Assembly: GCA_964013405.1 (NCBI GenBank)
Contig: CAXGWI010000003.1
Span: 1 to 64,000 of the forward strand
From: an uncultured Myxococcales bacterium
Lineage (GTDB): Bacteria; Myxococcota; UBA4151
Direction: 5' to 3'
DNA length: 64,000 bases
The position numbers were made by a program, and so were the translations under genes. Below, piece by piece: positions 48,364-59,600 of the stretch. Each line of letters begins with the position of its first letter. The stretch's first letter is position 1. The notes below the pieces were generated by a model, which did not search any database, was not told the origin of the DNA, and worked only from the letters and a program-made list of their open reading frames with translations.

Positions 48364-49362
48364 TTGAGGCTAACTGAAGCCATGGTGTCATCATACCGAG
48401 ATAAGCACGGTCGAAGTCTCGAATACCTGAGGGTATCCGTCACAGATCGGTGCAACTTTCGTTGCCCCTACTGTCGACCAGAAACCGGTGAACTGTATGA
48501 CCCCCCAGCGGATCATTTAAAGGCCAGCGAAATTGCCCGGGTGGTAAAAACCAGTACTCAACTCGGTGTTCGGGCCGTTCGCTTTACGGGGGGTGAGCCC
48601 CTGCTCCGTCGGGACCTTCCTGAGATCATCGCCGCAGTTCACGGTCTCGGGATCACTGACCTGGCCCTGACCACCAACGCTTGGCGCCTTGCCCAACGAA
48701 CGGAAGCCCTTTGGGCCGCCGGACTGAGACGGATCAACGTGAGCCTCGACTCGCTGAGCCCGGAGCGATTCCAGCGCTTGTCGGGGGGTCTCGATATCAC
48801 ACCGACCCTAGAGGGCATTCACGGGGCCGTGGCCAGGGGCTTTGAGGTCAAAACCAACACGGTGGTCATGGGCGGAGAAAACGATGGCGAACTGCTTCAC
48901 CTCGCCCAGTTCGCTTGGGATCTCGGCCTGACGCCACGATTCATCGAGTTGATGCCCATTGGGGCCGGCGCCCTGGCCACCCACCGAAGAGTGGACGCTC
49001 AGCAGATCCTTGGGGCCTTTGATGTCGTGCCCGAATCACCGGATGAAGCTCGGGCCTATGGCCGCGGCCCGGCCGACTACTGGTACCACGAGGGCAAGAA
49101 ACATCAGAAGCTCGGTGTCATCGGCGCAACCACGCGAAACTTTTGCGCTAGCTGCAACCGCGCTCGCCTGACGGCCACCGGCGGTCTTAGGCCCTGCCTA
49201 GCTTCGAATCTAGGCTACGAATTACGACCGCTTCTTCGCCGCGCCTGCGGCGAGGATGAACTCCTTAATGGCATGCTCCTGGCCATGGGCTTGAAACCGG
49301 AAGGCCACCGCTTTGAAGAGGGTTATGCTGGCGAGAACGCCATGCGGGGGATCGGCGGCTAG
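48364..49362 (+). CDS. moaA: GTP 3',8-cyclase (molybdenum cofactor biosynthesis)
   Basis: YLRVSVTDRCNFRCPYC, FTGGEP, RINVSLDSL, RFIELMP, FCASCNRARL...PCL and C-terminal MRGIGG. Confidence 0.96.
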   Translation: MRLTEAMVSSYRDKHGRSLEYLRVSVTDRCNFRCPYCRPETGELYDPPADHLKASEIARVVKTSTQLGVRAVRFTGGEPLLRRDLPEIIAAVHGLGITDLALTTNAWRLAQRTEALWAAGLRRINVSLDSLSPERFQRLSGGLDITPTLEGIHGAVARGFEVKTNTVVMGGENDGELLHLAQFAWDLGLTPRFIELMPIGAGALATHRRVDAQQILGAFDVVPESPDEARAYGRGPADYWYHEGKKHQKLGVIGATTRNFCASCNRARLTATGGLRPCLASNLGYELRPLLRRACGEDELLNGMLLAMGLKPEGHRFEEGYAGENAMRGIGG

Positions 49363-49994
49363 CTTCGCCCCCGACGGCGCCCACGACCCCCCTGGCCGCC
49401 CCAGCGCTGTCGCCCTTGCCGAAAGATCACAAAGGTGAGGATCAAAATACCGGCAAGAAAGAGCCACGCGGTGCTGCCACCGTAGGCATTGCGTAATTCG
49501 GACTCGGTTTTGCGCACCAGGCCATCAAAGTGACTTCCAAAACGCTCCTTAGAGCGGAGGGCGAGGGCGTAGGCCATGGCCGTTTCACCCCCACGAATCG
49601 CACTATGGATCGCCATCTCTGCGGCCCAGATGTTGTCCGGCTCCAACTCGTAGAGGCTTTGGCCCAGTCGCCGGGCCTCCTTAAACTTGGTCTCTAAAAA
49701 CGTGCGCTCCAGGGCAATCCGAAGGCCCCAGCGATTGTCAGCTTTGACCGTCGTCGTCTCAATGACGGCCTTCGCCACACTGCGGGCCGGCTCCGCTGCG
49801 TTGCTCCCGCAATCCTTGATCACTGCCTGATCCCTCAATCGCCAACCGGCAAGACAGTAGTCGATCCAGGCTTCCGAGTTACCACTCTGTACCTCAAGGA
49901 GCAGCGCCGACTCAGACCGCAGGCCGGTCCAATCACCGGGTTCCGTGGGCAAATCCGCCGCTGCGAAAACCAAGAGAAATAGAGGCATCATCAT
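49359..49994 (-). CDS. Hypothetical exported helical (TPR-like) protein with C-terminal TM and basic tail; last gene of the BMC operon
   Basis: ATG 49994 overlaps the BMC-T stop (ATGA); signal-like MPLFLLVFAAA; LYELEPDNIWA; TM AWLFLAGILILTFVIF followed by an Arg-rich tail. Confidence 0.6.
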   Translation of the reverse strand: MMMPLFLLVFAAADLPTEPGDWTGLRSESALLLEVQSGNSEAWIDYCLAGWRLRDQAVIKDCGSNAAEPARSVAKAVIETTTVKADNRWGLRIALERTFLETKFKEARRLGQSLYELEPDNIWAAEMAIHSAIRGGETAMAYALALRSKERFGSHFDGLVRKTESELRNAYGGSTAWLFLAGILILTFVIFRQGRQRWGGQGGRGRRRGRS

Positions 49995-50587
49995 CGCTTC
50001 TCCGGAGCAAAGAGCGCTTCCCACGCGGGCCCCTCGTCAGGGCGAGCAATGAGTTGGGACTCGAGGAAGCCTGCGCCGGCACTGGCCTGAAAGTCCAGTG
50101 CGGCCACCTCAAGGTCAGCCTGGGCCCCGGTCAGCATGGCGATCCCCTTCCCCCCAATACCCTGCCCAAGGCGGAGGCCTGCCAGGCCGCACGCCACGGC
50201 TTTGAAGGCCGCATCGAGCCCTCGAATTTGACTACAAAGGCTGGCGGTCTCGACAAAGAGCAGAGCCTCATCGACTTCGAAACTCGCCGTCATCTCACCG
50301 GCCAGCCCTGCGACGACCCGAGCATGCAGCGCTTGGAGGACAAAATGATCGACGACCCGCTTTCCGCCGCAATGAAGGGCAGCGTCGCTGGCCCGCTCAA
50401 CCGCTTCAACACCCCCGTCGAAGAGAATGAGCATGCGGCCTTGGGAGAAACTCTGAGCACAGAGGAGTCGAACCGTCGCGGCCTTCATCAAGCTGTCGAT
50501 GCATCGGGCTGACCGAGCAAGAGAGTCCAGTTCCAGTCCCCCCACGCATGAAGCCGTCGGCAGGGATTGAGACTGCAGGGGAATCAT
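49991..50587 (-). CDS. Tandem-domain BMC shell protein (PduT-like BMC-T)
   Basis: Two BMC domains (GGLELDSLARSARCIDSLMKAA; LLFVETASLCSQIRGLDAAFKA...GIGGKG...IARP). ATG 50587 overlaps the upstream TGA. Confidence 0.85.
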   Translation of the reverse strand: MIPLQSQSLPTASCVGGLELDSLARSARCIDSLMKAATVRLLCAQSFSQGRMLILFDGGVEAVERASDAALHCGGKRVVDHFVLQALHARVVAGLAGEMTASFEVDEALLFVETASLCSQIRGLDAAFKAVACGLAGLRLGQGIGGKGIAMLTGAQADLEVAALDFQASAGAGFLESQLIARPDEGPAWEALFAPEKR

Positions 50588-52005
50588 CAGACGATCCGGA
50601 ACCGATCCTTCAAGGTGCAACGCCGTATACGGGAGAAGGACAGTGCGGTGGTCAGGCCCTCCCCCGTCGGACTTGCGATGGTAAACGAGGTATGCCCCTC
50701 GCCACCGTGACCCAAGCCAGCAAAGTTACTGGCATTTTTGATGTAAATACTGGTGTTGCAGACCCGGGCCATCGCGTGGAGGTTGTCGAGATTCCGACTC
50801 CACATGCTGGCCGTATGCCCATAGCCATGCTCACAGCGCAGCGCACCGTCGATGGCAGCCTGTACATCTGGATAACGAACAATCCCGACGATCGGCGTCA
50901 GCAGTTCGTGTTGAACGAAAGGATGACTCTCGTCGACGTCGGCGATGATCAGCCGGGTCTGGGCCGGTGCGCGCACGCCGACTGCATCCAAAATGAAGGC
51001 AGCATCTTTGCCGATATACTCACGGTTGACGTGGTTATCTGGCGTGATGATCAGCTGTTCGAGGCGACGGAGGGCATCACCTTTAACGAGGAATGCCTGA
51101 CCGGTCGCGACCATTTTGTCTCGAAGGGAGTCGGCGATGGACTCCACGGCCAGCACCTCTTTTTCATCGGTGCAAATGATGTTGTTGTCGAAGCTTGCGC
51201 CCGCGATGATCCCCCGGGCAGCGGCATCGAGGTCGGCTGTCTCGTCGACGACGACGGGCGGGTTTCCTGGTCCCCCTGCGATGCAGCGCTTGCCACTGGT
51301 CATCGCCGCCCGAACAACCGCCCCACCTCCGGTCACAACCACCAGGCGTGTGCCACTATGAGTCATGAGGTTGCCGGCGGAATCAATGGTGGGCTCGGCG
51401 ATACACGTTAAGAGATTCCGAGGGCCGCCGACCCCTACAATCGCTCGGTTCAGATCAGCGATAAAGCGAGCCGACAACCGCTTCGCCGCCGGGTGCACAT
51501 TAAAGACTGCCGAATTCCCCGCGGCCACAAAGCCCAATCCATTGCAAAGGATGGTTTCCGTCGGGTTCGTGCACGGAGTAATCGCGGCGATCACCCCATA
51601 GGGGGCCCGTTCCTCAAGAGTGAGGCCATGGTCGCCGGTGCGAACCCAAGGGGTGAGGATCTCAGTTCCAGGTGTCTTCGTCGCAACGAGCCGATTCTTG
51701 TGAATCTTGTCTTCCACTCGACCCAGGCCGGTTTCTTGAACCGCGTCCCGGGCGAGGGACTCGAGTTGGTCGAGCGTGCATTTCCGCATCGCCCCGACGA
51801 TCCGTTCTCGGTCCTCTAGACTGAGGGCGACCAACTCCCGCTGGGCCACCGTGGCCGCGGTGATCGCATCATCGAGATCCGAGAACACACCATTGCCACC
51901 GGCCACATCCACCGGGACCGGCGCCGCTGAATGGCCGGCGCCGCCTTGGAGGCGAGAAACCACCTGATTGACGATGGCCTCAATGCTTGCGGAATCTAGG
52001 CTCAT
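50587..52005 (-). CDS. CoA-acylating aldehyde dehydrogenase (EutE/PduP family) with an N-terminal encapsulation peptide
   Basis: Motifs ETGLGRVEDK, PCTNP, VTGG, GPGNPP, catalytic Cys in SFDNNIICTDEK, EHGYGHTA and FTIASPTGEG; N-terminal helix SIEAIVNQVVSRL. Confidence 0.93.
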   Translation of the reverse strand: MSLDSASIEAIVNQVVSRLQGGAGHSAAPVPVDVAGGNGVFSDLDDAITAATVAQRELVALSLEDRERIVGAMRKCTLDQLESLARDAVQETGLGRVEDKIHKNRLVATKTPGTEILTPWVRTGDHGLTLEERAPYGVIAAITPCTNPTETILCNGLGFVAAGNSAVFNVHPAAKRLSARFIADLNRAIVGVGGPRNLLTCIAEPTIDSAGNLMTHSGTRLVVVTGGGAVVRAAMTSGKRCIAGGPGNPPVVVDETADLDAAARGIIAGASFDNNIICTDEKEVLAVESIADSLRDKMVATGQAFLVKGDALRRLEQLIITPDNHVNREYIGKDAAFILDAVGVRAPAQTRLIIADVDESHPFVQHELLTPIVGIVRYPDVQAAIDGALRCEHGYGHTASMWSRNLDNLHAMARVCNTSIYIKNASNFAGLGHGGEGHTSFTIASPTGEGLTTALSFSRIRRCTLKDRFRIV

Positions 52006-52308
52006 CTAGGCCTCCCCAACGCCTTTGGCATAGGTGGTTTGCCCATCTCGGTCGACCACATCGACGATGGCCATGATCACCGCATCGACAGGACGGTCTT
52101 TGGTCACCGCCGTCTGCCGAGCAGAGGATCCGGAGGCAAAGAGAACCAGCTCCCCGACCCCGCTGCCAACTGCGTCTGCGGCAACGATGGGATTGCCCGC
52201 CGCCTCCCCGGCTTCATCCGTAGGCGCGATCAACATGAGCCGAAGACCATCCACGGCCGCCTCTTTGCGGGTCGAGACCACGGTCCCGACCACTCGGGCT
52301 AATTTCAT
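52006..52308 (-). CDS. BMC pentamer/vertex protein (EutN/CcmL family, BMC-P)
   Basis: [15 protein letters not shown]...DAVGSGVGE...GSSAR...[11 protein letters not shown]. Confidence 0.95.
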   Translation of the reverse strand: MKLARVVGTVVSTRKEAAVDGLRLMLIAPTDEAGEAAGNPIVAADAVGSGVGELVLFASGSSARQTAVTKDRPVDAVIMAIVDVVDRDGQTTYAKGVGEA

Positions 52309-52598
52309 TTGCCCGTCTTAGGCGCCCGGCCCAGGGGAAGGACCTCATCCACGTTGCCATGGGGCCGCGGAATGATGTGAACGCTGACCAACTCGCCAAC
52401 CCGCTCTGCGGCTCGGCTGCCGGCTTCCGTGGCTGCCCGAACAGCGGCCACATCGCCACGGACCACAGCGGTCACGAAGCCTCCGCCAATCTTCTCGTAG
52501 CCAACCAATTCCACACGAGCGGCTTTCACCATGGCATCGCTGGCTTCCACCATGCCCACAAATCCGCGTGTCTCAATCATGCCAAGGGCATCGGACAT
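52305..52598 (-). CDS. BMC hexamer shell protein (BMC-H, EutM/PduA-like)
   Basis: ALGMIETRG...DAMVKAA...VRGDVAAV...VHIIPRPH. Confidence 0.97.
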   Translation of the reverse strand: MSDALGMIETRGFVGMVEASDAMVKAARVELVGYEKIGGGFVTAVVRGDVAAVRAATEAGSRAAERVGELVSVHIIPRPHGNVDEVLPLGRAPKTGK

Positions 52599-52644
52599 CT
52601 CAGCTTCTCCTCTTCGCCGACAGGTGTCGGTCCTGTCATCTCAG

Positions 52645-53265
52645 TTATTCATCTACGCCAGTGACGCTTTCGAGGGCGTCGATCGCGGCCTTGGCCGCCA
52701 CATCAATTTCCGCTTCCGTCCCACTCAAGTAGAGCCGGCCGAAGGCACCGTAGGGGCGGACCTCAATAAGTTTCACATTCGCCGCCTTCTCCGCCTCGTT
52801 GGCAGCGAAAGCGATATAAGCAGCTGGCTTACACTCGAGGATAAAGAGGCTCTCCCCTGGCACGATCATCGAACCGAAGCGGAACTTGTTGATGACCTGA
52901 CTTTGGTAGGGAGAAACAGAGCGAATGATCTCATTGGAGACCACTTTCGGTTTGATCCGCTGGTCTTCTTGTAGATCAAGGCCGCCAAGGATGGCTTTAC
53001 CTGCCGCTTTGACCTCGCCGATGTCCTCGTGGTGCATCTCGAGGGAGCCGTAGGCCCGCTCAACCACCTGCATGGCCGGCTGACAGGCCGTGGCCTTCAG
53101 TGCTGTGTCAGTCACTCGATTGATGGCCATCCCAGGGGCGATCTCCACCCAGAGGGACGCCACGTAGGGAACGGGCAAGAATGCCCGAGATGTGGTCCCC
53201 ACGTAGCCGGCCAACTGGGGCTGCATCGAATCGAGTAGGATAAAAGTCCTCAGGGTAGTGCTCAA
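52645..53265 (-). CDS. Circularly permuted double-stacking BMC-T shell protein (CsoS1D/CcmP-like)
   Basis: [37 protein letters not shown] and [13 protein letters not shown] start with GGAGG RBS. Confidence 0.92.
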   Translation of the reverse strand: MSTTLRTFILLDSMQPQLAGYVGTTSRAFLPVPYVASLWVEIAPGMAINRVTDTALKATACQPAMQVVERAYGSLEMHHEDIGEVKAAGKAILGGLDLQEDQRIKPKVVSNEIIRSVSPYQSQVINKFRFGSMIVPGESLFILECKPAAYIAFAANEAEKAANVKLIEVRPYGAFGRLYLSGTEAEIDVAAKAAIDALESVTGVDE

Positions 53266-53361
53266 AAGGCGTCATCCCTCCTGTGAGCGGACCCTACAGA
53301 TCTTTATGGAACAGGTCTACCGGGGGTAAGAGGGCATGGAGAGAGGCGGAGGTCCTAGGCT

Positions 53362-53688
53362 TTGAGCGACGAGAACAACCCATTGGATGACCAACAGATC
53401 GAAGCGATGTTGGCCCCCCTACGGAAGCCAACAAAGCCCCGGTCTCGCCTGCGCCCGCTCGTGATTGGGCTCAGCTTTATGGCGGTGATGCTCATCGCCC
53501 TTGTCCTGAGTCTACCGAAAAAAAGAACCCGCACGACCCAAGACCGGGGCGGCCCCGTGGCCACCTGTGGTAACGGTAAAGTTGAACCAGGCGAGGACTG
53601 CGAACCCCCGCTGGGAACCAATTGTGGCGCCGACTGCCTAGACCAAACGCCGGCGCCGCAGGAGGAACAACCCGCAGAGCAGCCATAG
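53362..53688 (+). CDS. Small membrane protein with a myxococcal Cys-rich repeat
   Basis: Single TM followed by CGNGKVEPGEDCE...CGADC; GGAGG RBS before TTG. Confidence 0.7.
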   Translation: MSDENNPLDDQQIEAMLAPLRKPTKPRSRLRPLVIGLSFMAVMLIALVLSLPKKRTRTTQDRGGPVATCGNGKVEPGEDCEPPLGTNCGADCLDQTPAPQEEQPAEQP

Positions 53689-56600
53689 GCCCAGATCCCA
53701 TGGGCTGGTACCAGCACAACCACAGGGCGATTCCGGTACCGCAAACTCACCGACACCCGAGTTGGAGGTTTGCTCCGCTCGGACGGTGATCATTACCGTG
53801 TCCGTGCCGGGCTCGAAGCCCTCCTCGGTGATGGTGAGTTGAAAGCCATAGCTTCCGCCTTCAGTGACCGTGAAACTGGGTCGTAGCGTGTCCGCAGCTT
53901 CGATCTCCACACGGGGGCCTTCAACCTGCTCCCACAGGAAGGCTGCAGTTCCGTCACTACCCCGCTGATAAGTACTCGCTGTGCCATCGAGAGCCACGGT
54001 CCGCTGGCCCTCTTCCGAAGACAAACTGACCCGGGTGTCTGGACCCGCATCCACGATGGGGCCGGCATAACGAACCCGGATCGTCACCGAGTCATCGGCC
54101 GATAGGCTTTCACCAGCATCATCGGTGGCCGTCACGGTCAACTTGAAGGTGTAGTCGCCGGGATAGCGTAAATCCACGGTGGTGATCGCCTGGGCGGAGG
54201 AGGCGATCTCGACGGGCTCAGGCCCTTCATCGAGGCGCCACGCATAACTCAAGGTGCCGTTAAAGGGATCCCGACTGTTGCTCCCATCCAGCTGGACCAA
54301 ACCCGGATCCACCTCTTGATCAGGCCCTGCATCGGCAATGGGTCCTTCCGGAATCTCAGTGGCCACCGTGATGGTCCAGATTTGCGTATCGACGAGGGCA
54401 CCGTCGGTCACCTCGATCACCACTCGATATTCGCTTCCTGCCTCCGACAAACTCGGCGTCCAGCTGATCAACTGGTTCTCGTCGATGGTCATGGTTTCCG
54501 GGCTGTCCTTCAACTCGTAAAGCAGAGGGTCTCCATCGCTGTCCGAAGCCACCACTTGGTAGCTGTAAGGCAGGGTTGGGTAGGCTTCTGTTGGCGGCTG
54601 GCTCGTAAACTGAGGTGGTGCATTTTCCCCCTCATCGATCACGGCCAACTCGTATTCTTGCGTTGCGCTCCCACCGTTACCGTCGCTGACCTGAACGACG
54701 ACCGTTTGAAAGCCGAGATCGAGACGGGTGGGTCGCCAACGAATCTCGCCCGTCTCTTCGTCGATGGTCATTCCTGGCGGGTTCAGAGCGAGGCTGAAGA
54801 CCAACTCGTCATCAGAGTCTGGGTCCGTGGCCCGGGCCGTGTATTCGTACAACTCCCCAATGCGGGCGATCGTTTCTGGGCTGCTGGTAAAGGCCGGCAG
54901 AGCGTTGGGCGCAGGCAGACTAACCACCACCTCCCAGGCTAGCTCGCTTCGGTTCTCTTCAGAGTCGGTGGCCTCCAATTTGAAACTGTAGCGTCCCACA
55001 CCAGTGGGAACCCAGCTCAGCGTGTTGCAGCGGCTATCGGAGCATTGAGCGCTCGGCGGCCCCCGCACCAGTTCGACGGTGAAGGGATCTCCTTCGCCAT
55101 CAAAAGCACGAGGTGAGAAGTCGTAGCGCTCACCAACAACCCCCTCAGCCGGCGGCTCAGAACCAAAAACTGGCGCCATATTGACCGCCGGATTCAGAAC
55201 GGAAAGTAGTGTCCGCTGCTCATCGAACAGACCGTTCACGTCGTCCACCCTCACGGTAAAGACGACGGACTCCCCGCCCAGACCCAGGGGCACGTTCCAC
55301 CGCAAGACGCCGCTGGATGGATCAATGGACATCCCAGCCGGGAAGTCCCCCTCCACCAACGAGAACGTCATTCGGTCGCCATCAGCATCACTGGCTTCGA
55401 CCTCGTAGAGGTAAACCTCACCAGCAACCACCGAGGCCTCGGGGAAACTGGTAATTCGAGGCGCTCGGTTGCCTGGGTCCTCGTCCACACCCAGTTCCCA
55501 ACTCTGCCGGTCAACGGCCCCCTGGCTGTCATAGACCGTCAGAACGACGAGGAAGCTTCTGTTGCCCTGCTCGTCGGTGGGAACCCACTGGATGCGACCC
55601 GTTTGACTGTCGATCGTCATTCCCTCGGGAGCCTCGTCCAGATCCCAGCTAAAGACATCACCCTCATCCGGGTCATCCGCTCTGGGGGAATAGCTGTAAC
55701 TTTGACGGGCCTGGGCAGTGAGTCTCGGTTCCGACTCGATTGAGGGCGGCCGATTGGGCACCTCCACCTCCCAACTGAGTGTATCCGTGCCTCCCCGGCC
55801 ATCACTCACCTCCACCGAAAACTGATGCCTGCGACCGAGGTCACCAAGGGCTGGCGTCCACGTGAGCCGTTGGTCCTCGAGAAGCGCTGCGGCTGGTACT
55901 GTGACGAGGCGCCAAGTCAGGGGATCACCGTCGGGGTCGATCGCCCGTAGAAAAGTGGACATCTCGGTGGCCAGGAAGACCGAGGTACGGGGCACCGTCG
56001 TGATCGCTGGCGGATTGTTACCACCTACGGGCGGTGACACGACCACTTCCCACCGCTGCCGGTCACTGGCCTGACCATCAGAGACTTCGATCTGGAAGAC
56101 GTGCTCACCCCGATCCCCAGCGCTCGGAATCCAGAGAAGTGTCCCACTGCTCGCGTTGATCTCCGCCCCTCTTGGGCTTTCAAGCAAGCGCCAACTCAAG
56201 ACATCATCGTTGGGATCAAAGGCCAGTGCATCGTAGCGATAAGCTTGATTGGCGACGGCCGCCGTCCCCGGTTCAGACCGGATCTCGGGGGGCTCGTTGA
56301 GGGGTTCTTCAGGCACCACGCTCACATTCCAGTTTTGCCGATGTACACCACCCCGCCCATCACTCAACTCGATGGCAAAACTCACCGTCCTGCCTAAATC
56401 GATATCGCTAGGGGTCCAGACCAACAGACCACTGGCGGGGTTGAGCACGGCCGAGGGGGGACCGGCGGTCAAACGCCAGGTCAAGCGGTCCTCATCCTCA
56501 TCCTCACCCCGGGCATCGTAGCGATAGGACTGCCCTTCAGTAACCCGGTCTTGGGGCTCGCTAATGATCACCGGCGGGTTGTTGGCCGGGGCTCCATCGG

Positions 56601-59600
56601 TCACCGTCAAGGAAAGCGCTTGTGTGTCGGCCAACTCGCCCGGATCGACCACGACGAGAATGCAAGCAATGGTTTGCCCAATAAGTGCATTGCTGGGCGT
56701 CCAAGTGACCATGCCCGTGTTCGAGTTCACCTCGAAGGGGCACTCCTCATCATCGACGAAACCGAAGAAGACAGGATCGCCGTCCGGATCTTCCGCAGTC
56801 GCCCGATACTCAAACTGCTCGCCGGCCGTCGCCTGGTTCGGCGGACTCGACGTAAACTGAGGCGCTGTGTTCGCAGCCGGCCGCCCCACACCAATTTGGA
56901 AGACCTGAGCGTCCCAAAGCACGCCGTCCCAGACTGCGAGGGTCACCGAAACGGAACGCCCATCAAGTTCCTCTCCCGGGGTCCAGGTCACCAACCCCGT
57001 GGCCGCGTCGACCTCCATCCCCTCGGGAGGAGACTGCTCTTCGGGTAGAACCCAAAACAAGGGGTCTCCATCGGGGTCATTCGCCTCGGCCGCATAACGG
57101 TATTCGACGCCTACCTCGGCTTCGGTGGGTGGCTCGGTGATAATCACCGGTGCTCGGTTTTGCGGGGGCGGCGGCTCACCGGTGACCTCGACGGTCCAAC
57201 TCTGCTCGGCCGTGCCATCATTCTCATCCCGAACCTCAATTCGGAAGCTGAAGCTTTGTCCCTGCTGACCTTCGGTGGGTGTCCAGCGCAACGTACCGGC
57301 CTGATTGTCCATCGTCGCGCCAACCGGTCCCCCGAGAAGGGCGTAGGTCATTCGGTCACGGTCGAGATCGAAGGCTTGAATCTGATATTGGTAGAGCAGA
57401 TCGGGAGCGGCCGCGAGGCCCGGCGAAGAGGTGATCACCGGCGGTTGGTTGGCATCCCCTTCGCCCACCGTTACGGTCCAAGCCTGGTTCACCGAGCCAC
57501 CGTTGCCGTCTCGCACAACAATCTCGAAGGCGAAACTATCGCCTTCGGCGCCTTCGGGCACCAACCAGGCGATACCATTGACGGGTCCCTGTTGAACAAA
57601 GCGTGCGCCGTTGGGACCACTGAGCAACTCATAGCTCAAGTTATCGCCGTCGGGGTCTGAGGCGGTGACATTGTAAGCGTAGAGTTGACCGGCGCTGCCA
57701 ACCAGGCTGGGGGATGAGGTGATCACCGGGTCGCTATTTTGATTCGCTCCCTCCACCACCCGGAAGGAGATGGTTTGCAAATCCACCAAGTCACCGGTGT
57801 CCACCACACCCAATAAGCAACTGACTGTGGTGTCGACAAACGGAGCTGAGGGCATCCACGTCAGTCGACCCGTCATCATGTTGATGACCATGTCTTCAGG
57901 GCAGCGGTCCTCATCGATAAAGTAGCGCAGCGCATCGCCATCTGGATCCTCAGCAACGACGGTGTAGACGTATTGTTCGCCCAACGGGACCTCGATGGGC
58001 CAGGCAGAGGTGATCGTGGGTGGCCCGTTGGCGTTGACGCCCACGCCCACATCGAAGATCTGTGCATCGAAGAGCCCGCCCTCATCGGCAGCGACCACGA
58101 CCACTCGATGGGCTTCGTCACCTTGGTCCGCCGTCGGCGTCCAAGTGATCTCACCGGTTCGATTGTCGATCTCCATGCCATCGGGGGGCGGGTTGTCATC
58201 GGGAAAGATAAAGAGGATGGTATCCCCTTCGGGGTCTTCTGCGGTGACCTGGTAAGTATAGAGTTCACCCACTTGAGCGGACGTCACCGGCACCGACGTG
58301 ATTGCGGGGGCTCGATTGGCAATATTTTGGTCTACAAACACCTGCCACCCTTGGCTGGACTCCGCCCCCTGAGCATCACGAATCACCAACTCAAAGGCGT
58401 GGCTTCGGCCGCCTTCCGCCTGACCTGGCGTCCAGGTGAGCAAACCGCCTTCGAAGCGTGCTCCTGCTGGCGCCGTGGTGAGGTGCATGGTGACAATGCC
58501 CCCCTCCGGATCATTCCCCTGGGGTCGGTACACATACTCCTCATCGACAAAGGCCGTGCCTTCCGGCTCGCTTGTGAAGACGGGGGGCTCGTTGGCCACC
58601 ACCACCTCCACATCAATATCGATGACTTGCTGCGCCGTGGCGCCGCGACTATCGGTCAACTCCAAGGTCATGCGGCGCCGCTGGCCACCATCCTGCGGCC
58701 CGGGAGTCCACGTGACCCGGTCGTCTCGGAGCTCCACGCCGGCGGGACCGCCCACCAAACGCAAGGTGACTGAATCCCCATCGGGGTCATCGTAGGTCAC
58801 GTCGTAGCGATAAGCTTCACCGACCGTCGCCGACTGACTGGGTACAGAGGTGAACACCGGCGGGTTATTGCCTGGATCCACGCTGGCAACGACGAGCCAC
58901 TGCTGCCGGGTACTGCCACCTTGCCCATCGGAGACCTCCACAACGAAGGTTCGGGCCACACCGTCATCGGCCTCTGTGGGCGTCCACCGGACCTGTCGAT
59001 CCTCTAGGGTTGCCCCCGCTGGGCCGGTCAAAAGGGCGTACTGTAGTGGGTCCCCATCCCCATCGGTGGCCACCACATCATAGGTGTAGAGCTGGTCGAT
59101 CTGAGCCATGGTGTTGGGACTCGATGTGATCACCGGATCCAAGTTGTCCGGGGCCTCATTACTCACCAGCACGTTCCACTCGTGCAACAGCGACGCCCCC
59201 CGACTATCGGAGATGCGCACACGGAAGAACTGCAGCGTACCACCAAGCCCTTCACCCGGGGTCCATGTCAGCCGGCCATTGGGGTCCATGGTGGTCCCTT
59301 CCGGCGCGGTCAACAGGTCATAACTAATGGCGTCGCCATCGGGGTCGGTGGCGAGGATCACATACTGATAGAGCAGACCAACATAGGCCTCTGTGTTGGG
59401 ATTCGAGGTCACGAGAGGCCGGTTGTTCGGTTCCTCATCGACCTCGACAAACCACGTCTGGTTGTTCCTGAAATTATCACCATCTTCGGCCGTGAGAATG
59501 AACTGGTAACTGTTGCCCGCCTGTCCCGGCGTCGGGTTCCAGCGAACCAGACCAGAGTTCGCCATCACACTGGAGCCCGTTGGGCCTTGGTCGAGGCTGA

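Noticed and set aside
48015..48394. Short minus-strand ORFs of 84 and 83 aa
   Set aside because: They overlap the two tRNA genes and the terminator, so they are spurious.
48364..49362. moaA as BMC cargo or a glycyl-radical activase
   Set aside because: It has canonical MoaA motifs, is transcribed convergently and has no encapsulation peptide. No molybdoenzyme or glycyl-radical enzyme is in the window.
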